Shown piece after piece: positions 47,601-59,410 of a stretch of DNA of 64,000 nt. Numbering within the stretch: position 1 is the stretch's first letter; each line of letters opens with the position of its first letter. Position numbers and translations under genes: made by a program. The notes under the pieces were generated by a model, which worked only from the letters and a program-made list of their open reading frames with translations, searched no databases and had not been told where the DNA came from. The stretch is taken from NCBI GenBank assembly GCA_950097015.1, contig CATNEN010000005.1, forward strand, positions 2,108,001 through 2,172,000, read 5' to 3'. The DNA comes from Macrostomum hystrix (taxonomy: Eukaryota > Animalia > Platyhelminthes).

Positions 47601-48727
47601 ATCTTTCAAACTTACTAGTATGTGCTAATTTATAAGTTTTGATAATAAACACAAATATAACAAACTGGGACAGTGCACAGATCGTATTAGTACATTCAGA
47701 ACTGCACTTTTCATAGACTGCATAATCACACCGCTATTTCACATTCCCTAAACTGCTAATTCTCAAAATTTTACATTCCTTAAAACTGCAGTCCCAAAAC
47801 TGTACATTCCCAAAACTGCACATTCCCGAAACTGCTAATTCTCTAAACTGCTGATTTACTAAAATGTACATTCCTTAAACTGCAGATTCCATAAACAGTA
47901 CATTCCTTAATCTGCAATTGCCTAAACAGTACATACCTTAAACTGCACATTCCCTATCTCTAAATAGCACATTCCCTAAACCACACAATTACCTAAACGG
48001 CACATTCCCTAAACGTGCACAATCCTTAAACTGCTCATTCCTAAAAAAATACACCTTTTTTGTTAGGTGCACTTAAGTAATACAAATTTTAGAGGAATTC
48101 AAATCCATAGATTTAGCAGTTCAGAAAATTAATTTTTAACAAAACACTTACCTTGCAATTTTTCATTGAGTCTGTCGGCTTTATCCAACACCTCTAGCAC
48201 AGTAGCCTGACCCTGACGATAATATTCGACCTCTTCAACTAGAAGGCTGCATCTGCGAGCCATCAGTTCAACTCCGACAGCCGTTTGATCATCAGTTTCT
48301 GATGTAAAATCTGCAGCATTTTTGTCGCATTCATCAGCCGAGCCATCTTCGCTGTCATCGGTACAGCCGCTGCCGCAGCTAGACAGAGGCGGAGGCGGCG
48401 GTGGCAGGGGAGGCGGCGAAGCAGGCTCTAGCGAAGCAGGCCGACAATCGCCATTGCTGCTACTTGTACAACTGCTGCTACTACTATCAGTAGCATCGTT
48501 GGCGTCTGTTGATAAACAGTGAGCCTGCGGAAAGCCAGAATCCGTAGTGCTGGATGTTGGCAGCCGGCGATAATCTTCTTCAGCGTCGTCTTCGAAGTCT
48601 TCATCGTATTGTCGCGAGTCGGGAGGCGGCGGTGGCGGCGGAGGAGGACTTGAATAATCGCGAAATGGTCGCCGATTGACCGATCGTGAGTAGGGCCTCG
48701 GCACCGAGTCGGGGTGGCGTTCGTCCA
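32603..48727 (-). CDS. Coiled-coil + 2 PDZ + SH3 scaffold protein (DLG5/CARMA-like MAGUK lacking GUK); 5' end not resolved
   Basis: Phase-compatible exons 48727-48152 (Pro/Ser/Asp-rich, start of coiled coil), 38785-38181 (poly-Q, coiled coil), 37557-36694 (PDZ-like GDQLRRING and GDRILAIDD), 33073-32603 (SH3-like VRAAVNF...LHYRRGDLL...WRFAW...GFVP, then stop). Junction LNEKLQ|AEIASLKE reads as a continuous coiled coil. Confidence 0.75.
33170..35775. repeat. 29-bp (and 24-bp) minisatellite (ATCTCTCCACTGTCTCCCATCTCTGATCT)n in the last MAGUK-gene intron
   Basis: Visible units. Confidence 0.96.
36410..36685 (-). mobile_element. SINE family A copy in a MAGUK-gene intron
   Basis: Reverse complement of the family A head and body, with an internal deletion. 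Confidence 0.78.
37720..38125. repeat. Degenerate ~20-bp repeat (TTATCCATCTTTATCTACC-like) in a MAGUK-gene intron
   Basis: Visible but diverged. Confidence 0.7.
38893..39068 (-). mobile_element. SINE family A, 5'-truncated copy
   Basis: Reverse complement of the family A 3' half, including the CTCCTGC end. Confidence 0.75.
39605..41950. repeat. 22/20-bp minisatellite (AGAGGGCGGAGAAATATCGT[AG])n
   Basis: Visible units varying by AG steps; source of the spurious 744-aa ORF. Confidence 0.97.
42447..42670 (+). mobile_element. tRNA-derived SINE, family B
   Basis: GTAGCCTAGTGG A box and GGTTCGATTCCC B box; body ACCCAGCT..AAATGG.TACCAGCAT...CCCAGTCCATGGACTGAACAGC shared with 51145. Confidence 0.75.
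43839..44539 (+). mobile_element. Internally deleted, non-autonomous mariner element (701 bp)
   Basis: Imperfect TIRs starting CGAGGGCTATC, TA on both sides. Frameshifted transposase remnants VRNMIKF...SEIHGEL...APSVQMVRKWVRE and DSRMTCNEIEDLLDIPHSTVHLFLTEQL; no catalytic domain. Confidence 0.88.
44967..45312 (+). mobile_element. tRNA-derived SINE, family A (most complete copy)
   Basis: A-box-like TGGCAAAGCGG, B-box-like GTTCAATTCC; body homologous to the copies at 7035, 36410, 38893 and 54985. Confidence 0.8.
46385..47030. repeat. 20-bp minisatellite (CCTCACCCACTA[C/T]TTCT[A/T]CC)n
   Basis: Visible units. Confidence 0.93.
47690..48045. repeat. Old degenerate repeat (AAACTGCACATTCCCT-like)
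   Basis: Recurring AAACTG...ACATTCC motif. Confidence 0.6.
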
Positions 48728-49397
48728 CTAGAAAAATTAACAAAAAAGGTTTTAAGTAAACTGTACTCGTTTACTGAGGCGAGGCCACATTCATTTGGGG
48801 CCACCTCCAAGACACAGTGAATTTGTCCAACATTTGAGAAATTCTTTAGAAAGCCTTATGAATTGTTAGTGTAATTAACTATATAATTTGTTTAACATAA
48901 ATTTAGAAAAGACAATTTTTAGACACTACTCTACTGATAGTAGCATGATGCTACTTAAAATGATGCAGGTTACATAAATCATAGCAAATAATTCTGCCCG
49001 TTCCAAGTCGAACTTATTAGAGCGCTAGGGCACGAAGAAACATGGATTCCACTGGCCTGGCTAGCAGGGATTCCTAGAAAACAAATAATTATTACACCAG
49101 TCGAAGAAGACTTGCAAGCTTACACACGGCCAAGAGAAACAAGATCGAGGGAGCCAGTGTGGTAGAAGGGAGGATGCGGAAAAGAATCACTCTTGCCAAA
49201 AATCTGTCTAGCAGTTGGGGTTTTAACACAATTAGGAGAAGAATCACTTTCTTTATTTAGCACTGAATATGGTCGATTCGCAATTCTGTGCTTGAAGATA
49301 GAGAGAATTGGCTGCGAATTAACTAAAACCTGCAATTGAAAATTAGTACTACATTTGCGCAGAAGATAACATTAAAATAACAAGTGGGTGAATTAGG

Positions 49398-50425
49398 AGA
49401 GTGACCGAAAAGAGTCACAATGGAGTGACAAAGGAATGCCGAATAGAGAGTGACATTGGAGTGACAAAGGTATGCCGAATAGAGAGTGACATTGGAGTGA
49501 CAAAGGAATGCCGAATAGAGAGTGACAATGGAGTGACAAAGAATTGCCGAATAGAGAGTGACATTAAAGTGACAAAGGAATGTCGAATAGAGAGTGACAA
49601 TGGAGTGACAAAGGAATGCCGAATAGAGACCGACATTGGAGTGACAAAGGAATGCCGAATAGAGAGTGACATTGGAGTGACAAAGGAATGCCGAATAGAG
49701 AGTGACATTGGAGTGACAAAGGAATGCCGAATAGAGAGTGACATTAAAGTGACAAGGGAATGTCGAATAGAGAGTGACATTGGAGTGACAAAGGAATGCC
49801 GAATAGAGACCGACATTGGAGTGAGAAAGGAATGCCGAATAGAGAGTGACATTAAAGTGACAAAGGAATGTCGAATAGAGAGTGACATTGGAGTGACAAA
49901 GGAATGCCGAATAGAGAGTGACATTGGAGTGACAAAGGAATGCCGAATAGAGAGTGACAATGGAGTGAGAAAGGAATGCCGAATAGAGAGTGACATTAAA
50001 GTGACAAGGGAATGTCGAATAGAGAGTGACATTGGAGTGACAAAGGAATGCCGAATAGAGAGTGACGATGGAGTGACAAAGGAATGCCGAATAGAGACCG
50101 ACATTGGAGTGAGAAAGGAATGCCGAATAGAGAGTGACATTAAAGTGACAAAGGAATGTCGAATAGAGAGTGACATTGGAGTGACAAAGGAATGCCGAAT
50201 AGAGAGTGACATTGGAGTGACAAAGGAATGCCGAATAGAGAGTGACAATGGAGTGAGAAAGGAATGCCGAATAGAGAGTGACAATGGAGTGAGAAAGGAA
50301 TGCCGAATAGAGAGTGACAATGGAGTGAGAAAGGAATGCCGAATAGAGAGTGACATTGGAGTGACAAAGGAATGCCGAATAGAGAGTGACAAAGGAATGC
50401 CGAATTGAGTGACGATAGAGTGACA
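49398..50425. repeat. 36-bp minisatellite (GAGTGACAAAGGAATGCCGAATAGAGAGTGACATTG)n
   Basis: Visible units; open in several frames, giving spurious 335-367 aa ORFs. Confidence 0.97.
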
Positions 50426-51144
50426 AATGAATTCCGAATGAAAGGACTCTTCGTCACTACATCCGCACTCTATCATCACTCTCTTTGTCACTCCATCGTC
50501 ACCCTCTTCGTCACTCTCTATTTGTCACTAAACAGATGCTAAACAGCATTAAAGACAGAAAGACTAGTTACTTTTACAAGCAAGCGCAAAGTTAGGAAAA
50601 TATTTTTGCTACTAGTCTGTAAATGTGAAACCAACCGGTTGAATTAAAATAGATAAACAGTGACTGCAAATTAACCCTTTAAAATCTAACTGATTTACTA
50701 GCATATATGACACCCAAAAAGATAAGAAAAAGCTTGCGTCAGAGAAAACTAAGATAACAAAGCAAGTTCCGGCAACAGAATCCCAACTTTCAAAATGCCA
50801 GGCACGAAACGGCAGAAAATATTATAGTTAAGGAAATATGTGAGCGAAAAGTTCAGCAAAAGAATATATGAAAACAATTACACACAGATAGTCGAGAAAC
50901 AACTAGCAGCGAGAACTAACTCCTTTATAAAAGTGCATAGGAATCCTAGACAAACTCTTATTGATATTAATCTTTCTAAAGGGACTGAAAATTCTTCTCT
51001 AGGGGGAAATCATTCGGATTAACTAATCCTGAATATGTTATGTTATTATTACTAAGAAAATATATATTTGCCAGTTTTTAAGTTATTCCTTATACATAAA
51101 TTGAGTCTTCACAGTAAGATACCGCATTTACGGCCTCCTTAAAG

Positions 51145-51360
51145 AGGAGGCTGTAGCCTAGTGGTTAAAGGTAGTGGATTCGATTCTCGACTCCACTGAA
51201 ACAATTGGTGTCCTTTAGCAAGACACTTAACTCTGCATTGCTTCAATTAACCCAGCTGTTAAATGGGTACCAGCATCAGCTGGGTAATTGAGGGAGGGTG
51301 TGGCGTCCCCCAGTCCATGGACTGAACAGCTGTACGCAGCCTTCCCTATTGGGGCAGATT
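51145..51360 (+). mobile_element. tRNA-derived SINE, family B
   Basis: Same head and 3' body as 42447; also GTGTCCTTTAGCAAGACACTTAAC, reminiscent of conserved central SINE domains. Confidence 0.72.
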
Positions 51361-52334
51361 TAATCAATTATAATAATTAAAAATCAATTGCGTTTATACA
51401 CAAACATTTTTGTCTAAGCATTTTTTATCTTAAACGACAGCTAAAAATTGAATCAGAAATTGCCGACAAAGCCAGACAAGCTAGCTAGATACATTAAAAC
51501 AGAAAAAATGTGAAACTGACTTCAAAAAACGGGCGCCCGAGGCAAACAGATGGCAGGCAGAAGACAGCGGTATTTCTTTTCAAACAAGATGACGGCACTC
51601 CACCCCCTCCCACAAAATTTTATTCCCAAATTGTCCCAGTAATGTTGCTTTCTTAAATTTTATTCCTCTATTCACTAGTCGCTCTTGGACAGTTGCTGAA
51701 AGAATCAAAGCCTCACAGCAGAAGCCAGTCTACTGTTGGACACGATGGAGGACCCGTGGGAAATATTAGCCAAATTCATGCGGCTTTAATTCCCAGATGG
51801 AAGAGGAATGGACAGCTCGGTTTTCGGTTCAGTCACGCATTCGTTTGGCCATAGTCCTAGGCCGGGCATGACGACAACAAAGAATTTTACGGCATCTAGA
51901 TATTTCCAGATTTTTTTATTTCCTCTCCAGTCAAATATTTTATTATTCTGCTTTTCAGAGCCTTTCAATAATGAAGAACTGAATAATACCTCATTCAGCA
52001 GCAGCAACAGCAGCAGCAGCAGCAGCACTGCCAGACACTCGGTCAGCCAGAGATTAGAAAAAGCGGATAAATTGACTAGAATTGGTGCCTCATTTAGGAG
52101 TCCAAATTTGCCCTCCTCTTCCTTCTGTGTCTTTTACTTTATTATTATTTTCCCTTCTTTGAATTATGGCTCGCGATTAGCAAGGAAGGCCACGCCTACT
52201 ATTGTATATAATCAAACAAAAGTCCAACCAACGGGAGCCATGCCTCTGGCGGCGGTTGTTAGGGACTGCAGAAACTGATGGATACATAAAAACCGAATTT
52301 ATCAGTATATAATGCTTTACCACTACAACCGTCA

Positions 52335-52770
52335 GATTTACATGACTACCACTTCAGTCCTTCTGGTTTAGGTGACTATAACTTCAGTCCTTCATATTTA
52401 CGTGACTACCACTTCAGTCCTTCAGGTTTAGGTGACTACAGCTTCAGTACTTCAGGTTTAGGTGACTACCACTTCAGCCCTTCAGATTTAGGTGACTACA
52501 GCTTCAGTCCTTCAGGTTTACGTGACTACCACTTCAGTCCTTCAGGTTTAGGTGACTACAGCTTCAGTCCTACAGGTTTAGGTGACTACCACTTCAGCCC
52601 TTCAGATTTACGTGATTAACACTTCAGTCCTTCAGATTTACGTCACTACCACTTCAGTCCTTCAGATTTAGGTGACTACGACTTCAGTCCTTCAGGTTTA
52701 GGGGACTACCACTTCAGTCCTTCAGATTTATGTGACTACCGCTTCAGTCCTTCAGGTTTAGGTCACAAAA
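52335..52770. repeat. 30-bp minisatellite (ACTTCAGTCCTTCAGGTTTAGGTGACTACC)n
   Basis: Visible units. Confidence 0.93.
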
Positions 52771-54024
52771 GCTTGAGTCGAGAAGTATAATCAGCAACAT
52801 ATTATTTGCGTAGTTTTGAATGGCTTTGGAACTATAAAGTTCATTTAAAAAGTACACGAGGCTTCGAAAAGTTTAGATATTTTTTAACTCCAAAAAACTA
52901 GCAACTACGTGGGCCCTACTCAAATGGAACAATAGATTGTTGCTGGAGTTTTCCTGTAGAGGCATGCAATCTACCGTACAAGTTTGAATATTTTAGAGAA
53001 ATCAGCTGAAGTCGAAAGCTCTCTAGACTTCCACTTCTGTCAATCATATTTGACTGGTATTATTTTGTGCTCGGAAGCTGCAATCTCATAGTGATGTCAC
53101 GCGATCTTGGCTCTATACTATATGATTGTGAACAGCAGCAGCAGCAGCAAACATAGTTGTGCTTTTTCGTCTCTAACACTAAGTTCTAAGCAATCAGGCT
53201 AAAACAGTTATACTTAAACCAGGGTTAAATGTAAAATTTAGAGAGATATTGCAATTTAAACTTGAAATTTGCCCATTTAAAATGAGTAATTTTCTAGATG
53301 AAGTTGCTAATTGATAACAATCGCGTTATATTTCGTTTTTTTCTGTCATTTTTGCACAAAAACCACAAAAAACTACATGAAATCGAGAGCCTCAAAGTTA
53401 ATACATCTTTTTAGATACAATATTTTCTTGGGGTAGGTTTTTTGGCTTTAATTCTCCATTCGCTACACATAATCTAGGCATTGAAGTAGGCAGAAAAACG
53501 AAGTAGAATGTTTCGAAACACTTGACTGCATCTTGAGACACTGGCTAACTAGCTAAGAGAGCAAATTGTAGCGCAAATGAGTAGCTAATGAGCTAAACGA
53601 AGGAAGGAAATTAGCTAATGAAGAGACGGTAATAGACGAAAGAAAGTCAATTGACCAAGACGAGCATTACACACGGTACACACTAGCGGCAAAGGTGAAA
53701 TTCGCATTGTGAGAGTGCACTTGGGGTCAAGGTTTTCAGAGTGAGCTGTATTGTATAGCAGAGATTGCATCACTTGGTTCGGTGAACCATGAATAATTGG
53801 TACACAAGTTGCCACAAAATACTAGATTCATATTTCATCGACATTAGCTCGTTGGTAAAATCTTGTAGCTGGTTAATCGAGTTATATCTTACAAATTGAA
53901 AGCATTTTCTCTTGTTCTTGTTGAATCTGTGCCGAAACACGATCCGACCTGGGCGTGTTTATTGAAGTGTGACTAAAACTCGACCATAACAACTGATGCT
54001 ATAGAACCGAAGGCTTGGACTCAA

Positions 54025-54250
54025 AATGCGGGGATAAAGATGGATAGTACAGAACAGGATGGGATAAAGATGAGATAAAGTACAAAACAGGATGGGATAA
54101 AGATGGATAGTAGAGAACAGGATGAGATAAAGATGGACAGTACAGAACAGGGTGGGATAAAGATATATATTGCAGAACAGGATGGGATAAAGATATATAT
54201 TACAGAACAGGATGGGATAAAGATAGATAGTACAGAACAGGATTGGATTA
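54025..54250. repeat. 30-bp minisatellite (GGGATAAAGATGGATAGTACAGAACAGGAT)n
   Basis: About 7 visible units. Confidence 0.88.
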
Positions 54251-54984
54251 AGGTAGATTAATTTGATCAATTATAGCAAGCAGAACGGTATGTTATAAAA
54301 GTATAGTACGAATTAGAATAAGCAGACAAAAATTATGATAAATATGTTCAGCATTTTAATCAATACAATCTTCAAAGCAGCGCGTACATTGCTAGACACA
54401 CACACACACACCAGACAGCTAGAAAGAACAAGCGATACAAATTGAGTCCATCTCAGGCCAGTAGTAGAGAGTGGGGGTGGATGGTGTTGGAGGTTGCTAG
54501 TTTAGATGGACTTGAAGCCCGGTATATAGCTGGCCAGCCAATGCAGTCGAATTGATTGAGTGGAAATTGCATTAGGCTGAGGGAGGGAAGGAGCGATGGG
54601 GTGGAGGGTGAAGGGGAGAATGGGGTCGAGGAGAAATTTAGACGAAAATCCCAAAAGTTGCAATGAGAATGAGGAATAGTATACAAATATAAAATGTTTA
54701 TAGCAGCTGATTTGCTTTACAAAGCTAAAATTTTCTACAAATATTTAGTGGCGAGATTCTAATTCAGAATCTGATAGTATATGTTATATTCTTTAGCATA
54801 GAGTTGAAATACTACGAGAAATAATTGTAATATTTCTTAAACTAAGGCACTAAGGCAATAATTTGATATTGTCGTTTTAACAGTAGAAAGACTACGCTAT
54901 TTTTCCCCTGGGGTAAGACCATGGGCGTATTTCAAATACCCACTGCCTACCTTCACGATTGCTCCCGAACCGAATAACCGACTT

Positions 54985-55270
54985 TCGATTCCACGGCGAG
55001 GCCACATTTATTTGGGGCGCAGCCGCGGAGAGAAGGCTTGAGGGCTTGTCGTGCAATTCACGACCTTGAGGGCAAACCTCCAAGGCACAGTGAGAGTGTA
55101 CACTGCCCGACAATGAGAAAGTCAAGGCAGATGCACACACCTGTGAGCGCATGCCAGCTTACAGTATCTGTGTGCGTGTGTGCTCAGGAGTCAGCGAAAT
55201 GGGCAGAATTGCCTCCTCTGTGGTCTACTGTCGCCAAATGATGTGCCATTGCCCGCAGCCCTCCTGCAAT
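54985..55270 (+). mobile_element. SINE family A copy, tRNA head truncated
   Basis: Near-continuous match to 45025-45310 (TTCGATTCCACGGCGAGGCCACATTTATTTGGGGCGCAGCC...GCCCGCAGCCCTC). Confidence 0.8.
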
Positions 55271-58064
55271 TATGATTACTATTAATAATCGGATAAAACG
55301 GAAATTTTTTGCCCTTTTTATGAACTTCAATTGCCATTGGTTGAATATTTCAAAAGATACAGGAAAAATGACAGTATAGAAATACACCCGCGTTCTTTCT
55401 ACAGTTGAATGTTACACCGTTTTTAACGATGCTAAAAACATAATTAAGTTTTTTATCGTTTGTTTCTCTGAATAATTTAAGAGCGTGACATTTTTTAGGC
55501 ATAAACTTTTTATCTTCACTTACAAATCGTCGAACTGATTGACAACTATTAACAGACTTAAACAAATGATGTTAGAAAAGGGTTATGACTAACTTTAGGT
55601 TTTCCAAGTTATCTTAAACAGCAACATTCGAAAAAAAACTATTTTAGAATATCACGATTTTTAAGGGGAAAAAACTCAAAAAACGTATTATATGCATATC
55701 TCGTGGCCAATATGGATATTAGGCTAAACGAGATACTGAAAAAAGTCTAAAATGAAAGCACGCCTAATTTCATACTTTGAATAAACGATAATTAGACATC
55801 TTTGGCTTGAGATGTGACTTTTCTGCATAAGATTTACATTTTTATGCAGTTAGTTTTCATTGTCTGCCAATTACAGCCAAATCAAGTTATTTGACAACTG
55901 CATATCTGTGAATATTTCATTTCGTTGCCAATGAATTTTTCGCATTTTTTTGCAAAATTCAGACTGAAAAATGGACGCTTGCTGGAGCCAATATTTCATA
56001 ATTTGATTTGCATAGCAAATCATTAAAGTACGTGGCCAGGAAAAAAAGACGTAGACCAACTGACAGCGCGCCTGGCATCAGAATATAATGGGCTAGCGAA
56101 AAAATACAAACAACAGCTCAAGAAACTTAAGCAGATGGACATAAATGACTGCATTCAGAAAATGGCGGCTAACGGAACCTCAAAGGGATTCTGGTCCGGT
56201 CTTAGAAGAGCAGAAGAGTTGCTGTTCCCCAGCAGGAGACTTAACAGATCTCAAGCCCCAATCGCTGACATCGCGGACAACCTAACCAAAGTGTTTAACG
56301 CACATCCTTCTTTGGGAACCCAGCCGCATCGCACAGATGAAGCAGTTAGTCCCGAAGATTTAATTTGCTGCGTAGATCTCGATAGAGCAGTTAAAAAGAT
56401 AAAGAGAAGAAAGGCTGCAGGAATAGATGGTATAACAAATGAGCACATTATCTACGGACAAGAGAAGCTAAAACCCGTACTTCTGAAGCTTTTTAACGCA
56501 AGCGTAAGACTCGGCCAGACTCCTGCACAGTGGTCAAATGCCCTAATCACACCGATTTATAAAAAGGGTTCCCGTAGTGACCCCAAAAACTACAGACCCA
56601 TAAGCGTGCTGCCTGCCCTGGCTCGCCTGTTTGCCTCACTTATCTATGAAAAGCTAGAAACTCATATTCGCACCCTCGACTTGCTTTCAGCCAGTCAAAT
56701 AGGAAATAGAAAGGGCTACCGAACTTCAGACCACATTGCCACTCTCTTGACGTCGATCCACAACAAAAAGCGTCGCAAAAGACCATTTCACTTAGTGTTC
56801 TTTGACTTAAAAAGCGCATTTGACATGGTCCACCATCCAACACTTTTCCAACGACTTAGGGAGTTAAAGGTCAGCCCAGAAATAATCGAAGCAATACAAA
56901 GCATGTACTCAGGAGCTAAATTCCAACTGAAGATCTCAGATGGCCAAGCAACTAAGGCAAGGAACATAACAAATGGAGTAAGACAAGGCTGTCCCCTATC
57001 CCCTCTACTCTTCTCACTCTATATAGATCCTTTGAGCACAATGCTAAGGGATTCATTTCGCAGCGACACCTTCATTAAAGATGAACAAATCAACAACTTG
57101 CTATACTGCGATGATTTAGTGATCTTTGGAGAGAATCCTCGAGAGTTGCAGAAGGGCCTCGATAAAGTGTCAGAATTTTGTCAGAGCCACAAGCTAGAAA
57201 TCAATATGCAAAAAACTAAGGTTATTAGCTGTTGCCCTGACCCATCAAAGACGGCTAACAAGCTATTTCTGCAGGGACAACTGTTAGATAGCGTCAAAGA
57301 ATGGAAATATCTTGGCTTTCACATCAATGCTAGAGGAACCGTGGATTCCCATGCCACAGAGATTAACAAAAAATGTGGATATCCTATTCTTCTCTTAAGG
57401 AAATTAGCCAGCCATGGGGCGGTCAGATACAATCAGCTCATGCTGTACTGCACAGCAATGATAGAAAGCATAGCTCTGTACGCCTCTGAGGCCTGGGGGG
57501 CTTTTGTCTCGTGGAACCTGGGTCCTTGGGACCGCTGTCTTTTTGAAATGGAAAACATCAGGTGCTGTAAAGCCATACTACAAGTCAGCTAAAATACGGA
57601 TGGCAACGGGGCCCGCTCGGAGTTAGGCAGATTGCCTTTATTATACAACATCCAGAAAAGAAGCATTTCGTACTGGGCCTCCATAACAAGCCGGCCGGAC
57701 TCCATAATTTCCAAGTTATTGGCGGACCAAACATACAGTGATGTTGGAATCAAAGCAAAGACCAACAATGACGTTATGCTGAACTGCAGAGGCATTAGTC
57801 CTGCAAAAGCAATTGGAAACCACAGGAAAAATTTCGTTTCTCAGTTCGATACCCATTGGAGACAAAGGACACAGAACTCAAGCAAGCTAAGTCACTTCTA
57901 TTACTCCTTCAAGCAATATTATTTAGCCGAAAAATATTTACAACAAATATACAACCCGGAGTGGAGACGTACCATAGCCTCGTTTAGACTAGGAAACCAT
58001 AAGCTAGCTTGCGAAACATTGCGAACTGCGAGACCGAAAATTCCGTATGTAAATAGATTATGTA

Positions 58065-59410
58065 CGAGGTGCATTCAAAAAGTTCTTTTCGGTCCTTTGG
58101 CATTGTTTTGTAAATGACACACAGATCAAAATTTTTTCGAATGCTGCAAGTTAAGTTTATGGCCTAAACCTTCCTGAGTTTTTAAGCCTTAGCTGGTGAC
58201 TGTGTCTGAGCTACAAGCAATTTTTTAAGCTACCCTTCTATTTCTTGGCCATGGCAGAATCTTTTTCAAAGCAAGACGTTCGGAGCTTGATGAAGTTCCA
58301 ATTCCTGCAAGGAAAGAAACCTCCGGAGATGTTTAGAGAGCTTCAGCAAGTGTTTGGTGACAGTGCACCAACTGAACAGACTGTTCGAAAGTGGTTCCGG
58401 TTGTTCGCTGAAGGCAGAGAGAGCGTCGAGGACAACGAACGCTCTGGAAGACCGATGACTGCCACCAACGAGACCGTGGTGAAGAAAGTGCAGGAGCTCC
58501 TGGATGATGATCGCAGACTGACTTGCGAAGAGCTGTCAGAAGATGTCGGAGTGTCAGTTGGCAGTGTGCACACCATTCTGACAGAGCGTCTCAACCTGCA
58601 GAAGAAATTCAGCAAGTGGGTGCCACACCTGCTGACAGGTGAGCAGACGATGCAACGTGCTCTGGCCGCCACCAACCACCTGCGCCGTTTCCAGCGAGAA
58701 GGAGAGAATTTTCTTTCGAGAATCGTTGCCGGAGATGAAACATGGGTTTATAGCTGGGATCCGGAGACAAAGGCCCAGTCTGCTGAATGGCTTCCAGCCG
58801 ATTCTCCAAGGCCTCAGAAGGCCATCAGGAAGCAGGGTGCATTGAAGATCATGCACGTCATGTTTTTTGATGTCCAGGGAATTCTGCTGAACTGGGCAGT
58901 CCCACATGGAACAACTGTGAATGGGGACTATTATAGATGGATTCTGCAAGAGAAGCTGCGCCCGGCGATTCGAAAGAAGCGCCCTGGTTTGCTGGAGTCT
59001 GGTGTGATCTTGCTGCATGACAATGCGCCGGCTCATCGCAAGCACAATGTTGTCGAACTCCTGAGCGGTTGGGGCTGGGAAGTGCTGCAACATCCGCCCT
59101 ACTCGCCCGATTTGTCACCCTGTGACTTCTTCCTATTCCCATCTGTGAAGAAGCACCTTCGGGGCATTCGATTCGACAGCGTCGAGCACATCAAAGCTGC
59201 TTGCCAAGGTGCGGTGCGTGAAACGGACGCGAGAGGCGTGGGTACTGGAATCAGAGGTCTGGTGCATCGCTGGCAGAAGTGCAAGGACATTGGCGGTGAA
59301 TATGTTGAGTGACCGAATGACATTGAATGACCTAAACATGTTTTCATTGTTCCATACGTTTTTTGTTAATTTTTGCTGAGCACCGAAAAGAACTTTTTGA
59401 ATGCACCTCG
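58065..59410 (+). mobile_element. Full-length mariner (Tc1/mariner DD34D) transposon, 1346 bp
   Basis: Perfect 29-bp TIRs CGAGGTGCATTCAAAAAGTTCTTTTCGGT, TA duplication (58063-64 and 59411-12), intact transposase ORF. Confidence 0.97.
58251..59312 (+). CDS. Mariner transposase, 353 aa, uninterrupted
   Basis: N-terminal HTH region, WVPHLL, GDETW, HDNAPAH and YSPDLSPCD; 34 residues between the second and third catalytic Asp. Confidence 0.95.
   Translation: MAESFSKQDVRSLMKFQFLQGKKPPEMFRELQQVFGDSAPTEQTVRKWFRLFAEGRESVEDNERSGRPMTATNETVVKKVQELLDDDRRLTCEELSEDVGVSVGSVHTILTERLNLQKKFSKWVPHLLTGEQTMQRALAATNHLRRFQREGENFLSRIVAGDETWVYSWDPETKAQSAEWLPADSPRPQKAIRKQGALKIMHVMFFDVQGILLNWAVPHGTTVNGDYYRWILQEKLRPAIRKKRPGLLESGVILLHDNAPAHRKHNVVELLSGWGWEVLQHPPYSPDLSPCDFFLFPSVKKHLRGIRFDSVEHIKAACQGAVRETDARGVGTGIRGLVHRWQKCKDIGGEYVE

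Noticed and set aside
49323-50491. 335-367 aa Cys/His-rich ORFs resembling metal-binding repeats
   Set aside because: 36-bp tandem array open in several frames at once; typical repeat artefact.
51690-52278. ORF 51808-52278 and poly-Leu/Ser frames
   Set aside because: Driven by a CAG tract; splice sites and product unsupported.
54892-54985. snRNA- or ribozyme-like sequence replacing the SINE head
   Set aside because: Only a short resemblance to U1; no Sm site or complete fold found.
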